A stretch of DNA of 18,392 nt from Pseudomonadota bacterium (GTDB lineage Bacteria > Bdellovibrionota_B > Oligoflexia > Oligoflexales > CAIYRB01): assembly GCA_031416315.1 (NCBI GenBank), contig JANOTL010000175.1, positions 1 to 18,392 on the forward strand. The letters are read 5' to 3'. Each line of letters starts with the position of its first letter. Positions within the stretch are counted from its first letter, which is position 1. Of this stretch, positions 1-8,348 are shown piece by piece. The position numbers and the translations under genes were made by a program. The notes beneath the pieces are model-generated. The model had not been told where the DNA came from. It made no database searches and saw nothing but the letters and a program-made list of their open reading frames with translations.

Positions 1-2
1 AC

Positions 3-797
3 GAGCGCTTCGAGCTCGTGAACCACGACATCGTGCATCCCTATTACGCGGAAGTTGACCTGATCCTGAATTTCGCCTCGCCGGCGAGCCCGATCCACTA
101 TCAATACAACCCGATCAAGACGATCAAGACCAACATCGTCGGCACGCTCAACATGCTGGGCCTGGCGAAACGGACGCGGGCGCGCTTCGTCCAGGCCTCC
201 ACGTCCGAAGTGTACGGCGATCCCTTGGTTCATCCGCAGCCGGAGAGCTACTGGGGCAACGTCAACCCGATCGGCATCCGCAGCTGCTACGACGAAGGCA
301 AACGCGTCGGCGAGACTCTTTGCTTCGACTACCACCGCGCTCACGACGTCGACATCCGCGTCGTCCGCATCTTCAACACCTACGGCCCGCGCATGGCGGT
401 CGACGACGGCCGCGTCGTCTCGAACTTCGTCGTGCAGGCGCTCAAGGACGAAGACCTCACGGTCTACGGCGAAGGCCAGCAGACGCGCAGCTTCTGCTTC
501 GTCGACGACCTGGTCGACGGCATCACGCGCTTCTCCCGCACCGAGGGCACCACAGGTCCGATGAATCTCGGCAACGACGGCGAGTTCACCGTCCTCGAGC
601 TGGCCAAAGAGACGATCCGCCAGGTCGGCAGCAAGTCGAAGATCGTCTACAAGGACCTCCCCGCCGATGACCCGAAGACGCGCCGTCCGGACCTGACCCT
701 GGCGAAAAAGCTCCTGCCGGGCTGGAATCCGAACGTGAAGCTCGCCGACGGCCTGGCGAAGACCATCGCTTACTTCCGCACGGCGCTCGCAAAGTGA
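3..797 (+). CDS. uxs: UDP-glucuronic acid decarboxylase (UDP-xylose synthase family, extended SDR), 5'-truncated
   Basis: Motifs [34 protein letters not shown] (YxxxK), [18 protein letters not shown]. The frame is open to the window edge (ERFELVNHD), so the N-terminal Rossmann motif lies outside the window. Confidence 0.93.
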   Translation, partial: ERFELVNHDIVHPYYAEVDLILNFASPASPIHYQYNPIKTIKTNIVGTLNMLGLAKRTRARFVQASTSEVYGDPLVHPQPESYWGNVNPIGIRSCYDEGKRVGETLCFDYHRAHDVDIRVVRIFNTYGPRMAVDDGRVVSNFVVQALKDEDLTVYGEGQQTRSFCFVDDLVDGITRFSRTEGTTGPMNLGNDGEFTVLELAKETIRQVGSKSKIVYKDLPADDPKTRRPDLTLAKKLLPGWNPNVKLADGLAKTIAYFRTALAK

Positions 798-1381
798 GCC
801 GAGCGCTCGCCGCGCTCGCCCTCGCGTGCCACCTCGCCTCTTGCAGCGAGGATGGCGGCACGACTTGGACCCAAACGATTCCGGAAGGCTCCTACGCGGT
901 CTCCGGCCCCGTTTGCGCCTCCTCGAACAAGCGGCCACGCTACCCCGCGCAAAACTATCAAGCCGCGCTCTACGATTTTGACGACCTCACCGCGCGCCGC
1001 GTCACCATCGGCCCAGGCGCGAATTTCACCGAAATCTACGCGGACCCGGATTGCACTCTGACCGTCACGCGCCTCCTATATCGCAATGCGCAAGGGGAGC
1101 TGACGACGCGCGCGGGCAAGGCGCACGCCTTCGAGCCCGCCGGTTGCACTCTTGGCGTTCGGTTTCGCGACTACGTCTATCCGATCGGCAAATCGTACTC
1201 GCCGGTCTTCGAGGACGGGGCGGGTCGCGACCCGTCTTTGGCTTGGTACCTCTTCGAGACGAGCGCCGATCGCAAGGCCTTCACGCTCGTCACCGACACC
1301 GTCGAGCCGGTCGCGACCGCGTGGGGCCAATACGGATGTGAGCCTGCCGACCAGCTCCGTAAGATCCTGACAAAGCTGTAG
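794..1381 (+). CDS. Hypothetical lipoprotein
   Basis: GTGA overlap with the uxs stop; signal peptide [17 protein letters not shown] with lipobox LASC; host-like codon usage. Confidence 0.75.
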   Translation: MSRALAALALACHLASCSEDGGTTWTQTIPEGSYAVSGPVCASSNKRPRYPAQNYQAALYDFDDLTARRVTIGPGANFTEIYADPDCTLTVTRLLYRNAQGELTTRAGKAHAFEPAGCTLGVRFRDYVYPIGKSYSPVFEDGAGRDPSLAWYLFETSADRKAFTLVTDTVEPVATAWGQYGCEPADQLRKILTKL

Positions 1382-1405
1382 TTTCCGCGTTTTGCAATGG
1401 CTTGG

Positions 1406-1433
1406 TCAAGTTCGCTGGCAGCACAGCCGATAC
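1406..1433 (+). promoter_or_regulatory. Putative sigma28 (FliA)-type promoter
   Basis: TCAA(G) at 1406, 16 nt spacer, GCCGATAC at 1426-1433; 10 nt upstream of ATG 1444. Confidence 0.5.
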
Positions 1434-1443
1434 GCTCTCATCT

Positions 1444-2484
1444 ATGCGCTTCCACGTCACCAAAATCATCGCCGCCTCGCTGTTCCTCGCCTCGCTGCAA
1501 GGCTGCGGCGCCGCCTCGTTCGGCGGCGCGGACGAGAAGAAAAATACCGCGAGCAAAGACAAGAGCACCGCGGGCACGGACGACGAGGACGTCCTCTCGG
1601 GCGAGCCTGCGCAAGTATCCGGCGCCTTCCTGACCTGCGAGATCACCGAAGACGACGAGGCCAAGTCGGAGGTCGGCCTAGGCTGCGCCATGAAGAAGCC
1701 TGACGGCAAGAAGGCCTCGATGGACGGGATCGAGCTCGAGGCGAACGTCGTCGACGCGAAGGGCAAGAAGACGAAAGTGGCGCTTTTCCCCGAGCCGGAA
1801 GCGTCGGACTACAACCTCAGGGCGCGGGTTCCGCGCGAAGCGATCGAGAACGGCGACTTCGAGCTTGTCGGCAAGCAAGGCGGCAAAGCGAAGATGAGGC
1901 GTAAAGCCGTCATGAAGCAGATGAAAAAAAGCCTCCAAAAGAACGCTGACGCGGACATCGCGACGGACGGCGCCAGTGAAAAGCCTTATAACGGTACGCC
2001 GGCGTCGCAGGGCGAGATCTCGAGCGGCAACGCCGTATTGACCGAAGCCTTCGGGTCCCTGTGCGGCCAGGACGGCGAGCTCGGCGACGCCGTCAAAAGA
2101 GTCGCCATGACCTATTCTGAAGAGACGTTTTCTAGCCCCCATTCCATTTGCTTCAACGCCTTTATCAACCCCGCAAAAACCGCGAAAGCCATCTCCGGCT
2201 TCGGCGAGCCCGCGTTCGTCCACTCGATCGCCGGCGGCAAGTGTTTCCTCGTCAGCACCGGCAGCGCGATCCAGATCCTTCAAGCCTCCGAGAACCCTGA
2301 CTTGACGGAAGACGCTCTGATGCAGTTCGCCTCGAAGCGCATCTGCACGGCGGCGGCTGATGGCGGCACCGGAGGTACCGGAGGCGGCGGCGCCTCTGGC
2401 GGCGCGGACGCTCCCGCCGAGGACGAGGAGCTCTCGCTTGAGGATCTCGTCAAAGGCATCCTCAGTAGCTCCGGCTCCGGCTGA
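1444..2484 (+). CDS. Hypothetical lipoprotein with Cys-containing domains and a Gly/acidic tail
   Basis: Start ATG 1444 gives MRFHVTKIIAASLFLASLQGC (lipobox LQGC), a low-complexity linker, EPAQVSGAFLTC and several further Cys. Confidence 0.8.
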   Translation: MRFHVTKIIAASLFLASLQGCGAASFGGADEKKNTASKDKSTAGTDDEDVLSGEPAQVSGAFLTCEITEDDEAKSEVGLGCAMKKPDGKKASMDGIELEANVVDAKGKKTKVALFPEPEASDYNLRARVPREAIENGDFELVGKQGGKAKMRRKAVMKQMKKSLQKNADADIATDGASEKPYNGTPASQGEISSGNAVLTEAFGSLCGQDGELGDAVKRVAMTYSEETFSSPHSICFNAFINPAKTAKAISGFGEPAFVHSIAGGKCFLVSTGSAIQILQASENPDLTEDALMQFASKRICTAAADGGTGGTGGGGASGGADAPAEDEELSLEDLVKGILSSSGSG

Positions 2485-2494
2485 TCCACCCGAC

Positions 2495-2528
2495 AAAAAA
2501 AACCCGCGACCAAAGTCGCGGGCTTTCT
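2495..2528. terminator. Intrinsic terminator between convergent genes, strongest for the minus-strand OMP gene
   Basis: A8 (2495-2502), stem CCCGCGAC 2503-2510, loop CAAA, GTCGCGGG 2515-2522, then CTTTCT. Confidence 0.85.
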
Positions 2529-2547
2529 CCGTTCGTCGCCGAGGCGA

Positions 2548-3552
2548 TTAGAACTTCATGTCGCCACGAACCAGCACGCTCAGCGTGTTGACTGCGTACT
2601 CGTTCTTGTTCGTCGTGTTCTCGTCTGCGCCGAACTCGTAGCCGACGCCGCCGCCGACCGAGGCTTGCTTGTTGATCGTGTAGTCAGCCGCCGCGCCGAG
2701 GTCGACGGTGCCGATCGTGCCGCTGTCGAGTTCTTCTTTTTTCTTGTAGGTCGCCATGTTGTACCCGACGTCGCCTTCGAGCTTCACGGCGTCGAGCGCG
2801 AACTCGGCGGTGGCCGTGAGGGACGTGAGGTCCTTGACGGTGTCGTCGCTGACGTCCGCTTGCATGCGGTTGCCGACGATGGCGCCGAACGCCATGGTCT
2901 TGTCGACCGCGTAACGGCCGTGGAGCGTGACTTCGGCGGGGGTATCGGACTCGGGCGCCACTTCGATGCCGTCTTTTTTGACCGCGTCCTTCGTGCCCTT
3001 GGTCGTGTACGTCACGCCGGCTTCCATCTGCTCGTTGGCGAAGAGCACGCCCGGACGAACGGTCATCCAGTCTTGCTTGATCTCTTCGGCGCCGTCGACT
3101 TTGATCTTCGTCGTCTCGGAGTTGACGTCGATCGCGAGACCCAGAGCAACCGGGCCGGCGACGTAGGCGAAGGTCGGCGAGAGGCTGACCACAGACCCTT
3201 CGGCTTTCGCGTTCAGGGCGCCCGTCTTGGTCTCGGCGTCGAAGGTCACGTAATCGGCGACGAGGCCGGCGCGGAGACCGATGGCTTGGATGTTGTAGAT
3301 GCCGGCCGCGAACAGGCGGGTGCCCGTGACGTCGCTCGTCGTCTTGTCGCCGGTCGTCGGCTTTACTTCGTCCGTCGCCGAGAGGAAGCCGAGGGCGAAG
3401 TCGGTTTTCAGAGCGTCGGTTTGGTACAGCTGGGCCGGGGAAACCATGGGCGTGCTGGTCAGGTGGTTGTCGAACGCCGCGTCTGCCGCAACCGCAGTAC
3501 CCGTGACCGCGCTCATCGCAAACCCAGCTACCAGCATCATCTTCGTAGACAT
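2548..3552 (-). CDS. Outer-membrane beta-barrel protein (porin-like)
   Basis: Start ATG 3552 with RBS AAAGGGAG; signal peptide MSTKMMLVAGFAMSAVTGTAVAA; alternating amphipathic beta-strands; C-terminal VLVRGDMKF ending in Phe (Bam signal). Confidence 0.85.
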   Translation of the reverse strand: MSTKMMLVAGFAMSAVTGTAVAADAAFDNHLTSTPMVSPAQLYQTDALKTDFALGFLSATDEVKPTTGDKTTSDVTGTRLFAAGIYNIQAIGLRAGLVADYVTFDAETKTGALNAKAEGSVVSLSPTFAYVAGPVALGLAIDVNSETTKIKVDGAEEIKQDWMTVRPGVLFANEQMEAGVTYTTKGTKDAVKKDGIEVAPESDTPAEVTLHGRYAVDKTMAFGAIVGNRMQADVSDDTVKDLTSLTATAEFALDAVKLEGDVGYNMATYKKKEELDSGTIGTVDLGAAADYTINKQASVGGGVGYEFGADENTTNKNEYAVNTLSVLVRGDMKF

Positions 3553-3599
3553 CGAGCATTCTCCCTTTAGAAAGAACGGAAACATTCTTGGACTCATGA

Positions 3600-3627
3600 A
3601 ATATAGACTTCCGATCGGATTTGTAAA
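3600..3627 (-). promoter_or_regulatory. Putative sigma70 promoter for the OMP gene
   Basis: Minus strand TTTACA-N16-TATATT; the spacer contains the palindrome TCCGATCGGA (3610-3619). Confidence 0.45.
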
Positions 3628-3740
3628 CGGAAGAGTCGGCCGTATTGGCTCTCGTCCGTCTCTCCGGCGCAGCACAGTAATACGCTGTAAGGACTAAATA
3701 AACACCGTTTTCGTCCCCTCCTCGACCAAAGCCGGGCGGG

Positions 3741-3768
3741 TCAACGGGTCCCGGGCTTCCGCCGATGA
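3741..3768 (+). promoter_or_regulatory. Putative sigma28 (FliA)-type promoter
   Basis: TCAA-N16-GCCGATGA, same geometry as 1406-1433, ending 7 nt before the GTG start at 3776. Confidence 0.45.
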
Positions 3769-3775
3769 GGCCAGG

Positions 3776-4978
3776 GTGAAGCTCCATTTCGTCACTCGCC
3801 ACCGCATGCTCCTCGTCGTCGCCGGGATGACGTTTGCTTGGCTTTTCGTCTCCTGGGTGGTCCTGCTAGCCGAGCGCGACGCCGAATCCGCGCAGATCAC
3901 CACCCTCGGCAAGGCGCTCTGGTGGGGCGTCGTCACCTTCATGACCGTCGGCTACGGCGACTTGACGCCGATCACGCCCCTCGGTCGCTCGCTGGCCGTC
4001 ATCCTGATGTTCGCCGGCGTCTTCACGATCGGCATCATCAGCGCCAAGATCTCGACCTATTTCATCTCGCAGATCCTCATGGAGGGGCGTGGCAAAATGG
4101 ACCAATCCAAAATCAAGAATCACTTCGTCGTCTGCGGGTGGAAGGACGACATGGCGGACCTGATCCGTCACGTTCTCCTCCTCAACCCGACGCTGACGCC
4201 GGAGAAGATCGTCGTCGTCGCCAACAAGACGCAGGAGCAGATCCTCGCCTTCAAGGCGGCCGACCCGAAGCTGAAGGAGTTGAACTTCATCCTCGGCGAG
4301 CATTTCCAGCAGGCAACGCTGGAGCGCGCCGCTCCGCAGGTCGCACGCAAGATCTTGATCTTGGCCGACACCTCGCAAGGCCCCGACATGCGCAAACCCA
4401 ACTCCATGGAGGCGGACGCGCGCACCATCATGTGCTCGATCGCCCTGTCCAACATCGCCAAAGGCACGATGGTCGCGGCCGAGATCCTCGATCCGACGCT
4501 CGACAACTATCTGAAGATGGCCGGCGTCGGCGAGATCATCTACTCCCGCGAATGCAGCCGCCTGCTCCTCGGCAGCGCTTCCGGCTCGACCGGCATCGCG
4601 AACGTCTACCACGACCTGATCGACCCGCGCAGCGGCGCCCACATCGCGACTCGGGACATCCCCGAGCGCTTCGAGGGCAAAACTTACGCCGAGTTCCGCG
4701 TTGAATTCCAAAAAGGCGCCCCGGACCTCCTCCTTCTTGGCATCCTCGAGAACACCGGCAACCCACACTCCATTAAAGAGAAGGCTTTCGCAGAAGCGCA
4801 GCGCACACCGAGCGTCCCGCGCCTGATCGAGAACCTCCAGAGCGTAAAGACCTTGCGCTGCAACAATCCCGTCTTCCACCCGTCCGCCGAGTTCGTCATC
4901 AGCAAGGGCTCGGCGGCGATCATCCTCGAGCCGAAGGTGAAGACCGCGGCCCGCGTGAAGGACAACGTCGCCGCATGA
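3776..4978 (+). CDS. Potassium channel, 2TM pore plus RCK/TrkA-N regulatory domain
   Basis: TM helix, pore helix ALWWGVVTFMTVGYGD (K+ filter), TPLGRSLA plus TM2, then RCK motifs HFVVCGW, LERAA and DARTIM. Confidence 0.92.
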   Translation: MKLHFVTRHRMLLVVAGMTFAWLFVSWVVLLAERDAESAQITTLGKALWWGVVTFMTVGYGDLTPITPLGRSLAVILMFAGVFTIGIISAKISTYFISQILMEGRGKMDQSKIKNHFVVCGWKDDMADLIRHVLLLNPTLTPEKIVVVANKTQEQILAFKAADPKLKELNFILGEHFQQATLERAAPQVARKILILADTSQGPDMRKPNSMEADARTIMCSIALSNIAKGTMVAAEILDPTLDNYLKMAGVGEIIYSRECSRLLLGSASGSTGIANVYHDLIDPRSGAHIATRDIPERFEGKTYAEFRVEFQKGAPDLLLLGILENTGNPHSIKEKAFAEAQRTPSVPRLIENLQSVKTLRCNNPVFHPSAEFVISKGSAAIILEPKVKTAARVKDNVAA

Positions 4979-5505
4979 GCCTCACGAAGCGCCAAGCCAC
5001 CGCCTCCGACTCGGTGATCGCCACTCGCATCAAATGGCTCGCAGGCGTGCGTCTCTTCGAGGGCGTCGCCATCCTCCCCGGCGCGCTGGAGCATATCGCG
5101 CCCAAACTCGACGAGCGCCGCTACGCCAAAGGCACCGCGATCCTGAAGGAAGGGGAGGAGGGCACCGACGCTTTCATCCTCACGTCGGGCCGGATCAAGG
5201 TCTTGAAGTCGATCGGGACGGGGGAGAGCTTCCCCGTGGCCATCCTGGATGCCGGAGACCATCCCTTCTTCGGGGAGGCGGCGCTGCTCCAGGCCGACCA
5301 GCGCTCGGCCACCATCCTGGCCGAGACCGACTGCGTCTGCCTCATCTTCCACAAGGACCGCTTCGACCAGTTCTGCCGGGAGCATCCTGCCTGGTCTCTG
5401 CCCATGGTCCTGAAGATCGCCCGTGTCGTCCTGGATCGCCTCCATAAGACCAACACGGACATGATCCTCCTCTATAATGCCCTTCTACGCGAGGTTAAGG
5501 GGTAA
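4975..5505 (+). CDS. Stand-alone cyclic nucleotide-binding domain protein
   Basis: ATGA overlap with the channel stop; GTAILKEGEEG, FILTSGRIKV, phosphate-binding cassette FFGEAALL...RSATILA; no HTH follows. Confidence 0.9.
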   Translation: MSLTKRQATASDSVIATRIKWLAGVRLFEGVAILPGALEHIAPKLDERRYAKGTAILKEGEEGTDAFILTSGRIKVLKSIGTGESFPVAILDAGDHPFFGEAALLQADQRSATILAETDCVCLIFHKDRFDQFCREHPAWSLPMVLKIARVVLDRLHKTNTDMILLYNALLREVKG

Positions 5506-5538
5506 TATAGTCGCTCCCCTCGGAGCACCCACGCCCCT

Positions 5539-6291
5539 ATGCCCAAATCCCCGCAAGCGTCGATCGACGCCTTCGACTTTCCCGAGGGCCGTGTTCTCGC
5601 GCGCAAATATCAGGTCGTCTCCAAGCTCGGCCAGGGCTGGGAAGGCGAGGTGTATCTGATCCGCGAGCAGGTCACCGGCATCGAGCGCGCCGCGAAGTTC
5701 TTTTTCCCGCAGCGCAACGTCGGCGACAAAGCGATCAACTTTTACGCGCGAAAACTGCACAAGCTGCGCGCTTGTCCGGCCTTGATCCAGTACCACACGC
5801 TGGAGAAGATCCAGCACAAGGGCATCGACGTCTCGTTCCTGATCTCCGACTTCGTCGAAGGCGAGATGCTCCGCGAGTTCATCAAGGATCAGCCGGGCCA
5901 CCGCCTCGATGTTTTTCAGGGGCTGCATCTTCTGCATGCCCTCTCGACCGCCATCGCCGGGATCCACCGGCTCTACGACTACCACGGCGACCTCCACAGC
6001 GGGAACATCATGGTCCGCCGGGTCGGGCTCGGCTTCCAGGTAAAGCTCCTCGACTTTTTCCACTGGGGAAGCCCGAACAAGACGCACATCCGCGACGACG
6101 TCGTCGACGTGATCCGCATCTTCTACGACGCTATCGGCGGCAAGGCGCGCTACGCCAAGCACCCGTCCGAGATCAAAGGCATCATTCTCGGCTTGAAGAA
6201 GTCTCTGATCTTGAAGAAGTTCAGAACCATCGGCGATTTGATCGCGCACCTCGAGGGCCTGAGTTGGGATCCACCGCACACCTTGCACTGA
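5539..6291 (+). CDS. Compact protein kinase-domain protein (Ser/Thr kinase-like)
   Basis: Gly loop LGQGWEGEVY, AAK (beta3 Lys), catalytic loop HGDLHSGN, LLDF. Confidence 0.85.
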   Translation: MPKSPQASIDAFDFPEGRVLARKYQVVSKLGQGWEGEVYLIREQVTGIERAAKFFFPQRNVGDKAINFYARKLHKLRACPALIQYHTLEKIQHKGIDVSFLISDFVEGEMLREFIKDQPGHRLDVFQGLHLLHALSTAIAGIHRLYDYHGDLHSGNIMVRRVGLGFQVKLLDFFHWGSPNKTHIRDDVVDVIRIFYDAIGGKARYAKHPSEIKGIILGLKKSLILKKFRTIGDLIAHLEGLSWDPPHTLH

Positions 6292-6764
6292 AGTTCGGCG
6301 TCCTTCTCTTCACGCTCCTGGCCACGCCGGCCGTCGCCGACCCGCAGATCCTCAAGGGCCTGCCGAAGGGCGGCAGCTTCAACGTCGTGATCGAGCCGCT
6401 CGACCCCGAGGCGAAGAAGACCGGCCTGAACGCGGCGAGCCTGGCGAAAGTGATCCAGGCCCGTGTCGCGAAGAAGGGCTTGAAGTACAACCCTGGCTCC
6501 GAGTACCAGCTCTTCGCGCGGATCGTCGTCCTACCGAGCTACTCCGTGACCAACGAGGTCCTCGGCTACGGCGCGCATACCGAGCTCTCGTTTCGCGAGA
6601 AGGCGAATTTGAAGCGCGACAAGGCTTTCGAGTTCTACGCGCCCACTTGGTTCAAGGGCAACGTCACCGTCTCGAATCCGAAGGCCTTCGTCGGCGACGT
6701 CGTCAACGCGTTGGCCGCGTTGACCGACCAGTTCGTCACGGACTACGTCTCAGTCAACAAATGA
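6264..6764 (+). CDS. Hypothetical exported protein (start uncertain: TTG 6264 or CTG 6288)
   Basis: 3' part of the 5772-6764 ORF; signal peptide KFGVLLFTLLATPAVA|D; host-like codon usage. The upstream part of that ORF overlaps the kinase out of frame. Confidence 0.72.
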   Translation: MGSTAHLALKFGVLLFTLLATPAVADPQILKGLPKGGSFNVVIEPLDPEAKKTGLNAASLAKVIQARVAKKGLKYNPGSEYQLFARIVVLPSYSVTNEVLGYGAHTELSFREKANLKRDKAFEFYAPTWFKGNVTVSNPKAFVGDVVNALAALTDQFVTDYVSVNK

Positions 6765-6778
6765 CAGGCCGGACACGA

Positions 6779-6902
6779 CGTCGCTCCCGACAGTTTCAGA
6801 CGCACCTATGTCTCGCGGGACACACCCAAGATCCCCGCCCCTAATCGTAACTTACTGAATTTTAACAATATATCCGATCTCCGCGCCGGCACTGGGCTTG
6901 CT
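6779..6902 (+). promoter_or_regulatory. Sigma54 promoter with putative IHF site and two enhancer (UAS) palindromes
   Basis: CCGGCACTGGGCTTGCT at 6886-6902 (GG-N10-GC); AT-rich TAACTTACTGAAT ~6848-6860; CGTC-N6-GACA at 6779-6792 and TGTC-N6-GACA at 6809-6822. Confidence 0.7.
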
Positions 6903-6929
6903 TCATGATTGGCGGAGGTTCCCCCACCC

Positions 6930-8342
6930 ATGCCTACGCCGCGTCTTTTTGCGCTCTGCCTGATGGCCGCCCTGAGTGAGCCCGCCCTCGCCGGCCCCTT
7001 CGCGATGTCCGGTCAGACCACGGCCAAATCCGTCGACGTCACCTACCGTCAGTCGACCGTCCCGACCGCCTCCGGCACGACGCGAGCCTCCAACTCGACG
7101 AGCGACGTCACCGAATCGACGAGCGTCGCGACGTACCGCAATTCGACCAAGCCTTCGGCGCAGTCCTCTTCCCGCGCGAGCGACGCGACCACCGATTCGA
7201 GCCAGGCTTCCTCCGAGAACTCCACCGACGCCTCCTCGCGCTCGAGCCGCTACACCACGAAGAACACCACGGCTCCGAGCTCCGAATATTCCGCCGAGTC
7301 GAGCAAAGCCACGAGCGACGTCTCGGATGCCACGACCAAAGGCACGACGAACGCGACAAACTCGACCACGAAGCAAACGCTGACCGTCTCCAAGTACACC
7401 ACCGCGGTCACGGGCGATTCGGTCAACGCCACCTACCAGAATTCGACGAAACCCTCCGAGCAGTCGACGACGCGCGCCAGCAAAGCGACGAGCAACGGCA
7501 CGACCGCGGCCACGAATCAAACCATCGCCACGACCAAGTGGACGACCGAGACCACGTACGCCAACACGACGAAGCCTTTGATCAACGGCACGACGGCCGG
7601 CACCAACGCCACGACCGTCGTCACCAACGCGACCAGCGCCGCGACCCGCGCCACTAGCGCGCAGACCGAAGCCTCCGTCGCGGCGACGCACGCCAGCTCG
7701 ACGAAGCCCTCGATCGCGTCTTCGGCGGAGACGACCGACTCGTCGAGCGGCGCGACGACCCGCGGCACCAAAAGCTCGAGTGACGCAACCGACACGTCCG
7801 TGCTCGCGACCTACAATCACTCGACGAAGCCGACGGGCGAATCCATCCGCAACACCTCGAACGCCACCTCCGACGTCACCACCGCCGCCAGCAAGAACAC
7901 GACCGAGGTCAGCTACAAGAACTCCACGAAGCCGACGGCCGAGTCCGCGACCAACACGAGCGAAGGCACGTCGAACGCCACGGGGCGCACGGCGCGGATC
8001 ACCCCGAACATGGCGAAGGTCACGGCCGACATGAGCACCGACACCTCGAAGAGCTCGGGCAACGTCGGCGTGTCCACGAGCAAGGCGCTCGACGCCTCCC
8101 TCGAAGGCACCACCAAGTTGACCTCCTTCGACGATTCGGTTGCGCTCGACCCCGAAACCGCCGACTCTTTGATCAAGGAGTCGTACGCGGCTTCAGGCTC
8201 GACCCTCGCGCGATTCGCCGGCCTGCTCGGCGTCGCTCCCGAGCGCCTCGCCGCCACGGTCGTCCGCGTCGCCCCCGAGAAGCCGACCCGCGCCGAGCTC
8301 GTGCGACTGATGCAGAAAGTGGTCCCTGCCCTCCGGAGCTGA
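6930..8342 (+). CDS. Secreted Ser/Thr-rich repeat protein with a small helical C-terminal domain (possibly DUF3015-like)
   Basis: RBS GGAGG at 6914-6918; signal peptide MPTPRLFALCLMAALSEPALA; about 370 aa of S/T/A-rich sequence with recurring TYxNSTKP; globular C-terminus ADSLIKESYAASGSTLARFAGLLGV. Confidence 0.85.
   Translation: MPTPRLFALCLMAALSEPALAGPFAMSGQTTAKSVDVTYRQSTVPTASGTTRASNSTSDVTESTSVATYRNSTKPSAQSSSRASDATTDSSQASSENSTDASSRSSRYTTKNTTAPSSEYSAESSKATSDVSDATTKGTTNATNSTTKQTLTVSKYTTAVTGDSVNATYQNSTKPSEQSTTRASKATSNGTTAATNQTIATTKWTTETTYANTTKPLINGTTAGTNATTVVTNATSAATRATSAQTEASVAATHASSTKPSIASSAETTDSSSGATTRGTKSSSDATDTSVLATYNHSTKPTGESIRNTSNATSDVTTAASKNTTEVSYKNSTKPTAESATNTSEGTSNATGRTARITPNMAKVTADMSTDTSKSSGNVGVSTSKALDASLEGTTKLTSFDDSVALDPETADSLIKESYAASGSTLARFAGLLGVAPERLAATVVRVAPEKPTRAELVRLMQKVVPALRS
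7041..7935 (+). repeat. Eight degenerate in-frame TYxNSTKP coding repeats
   Basis: Units start at 7041, 7131, 7254, 7431, 7554, 7686, 7809 and 7911 (spacings 30, 41, 59, 41, 44, 41, 34 codons). Confidence 0.8.
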
Positions 8343-8348
8343 ATCGCA

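Noticed and set aside
3553..3675. N-terminal extension of the OMP ORF to 3675
   Set aside because: The RBS and signal peptide fit ATG 3552; the extension covers promoter-like intergenic DNA.
5772..6263. 5' part of the 330 aa ORF as a real extension or kinase frameshift fusion
   Set aside because: It is shadow-like sequence overlapping an intact kinase; protein-like sequence begins only at the signal peptide near 6264-6288.
7041..7935. Recurring ~24-nt ACxTAC...TCGACGAAGCC units as a CRISPR array
   Set aside because: Degenerate at synonymous positions, spaced 90-177 nt in multiples of 3, inside a signal-peptide ORF, and no cas genes are present; these are protein repeats.
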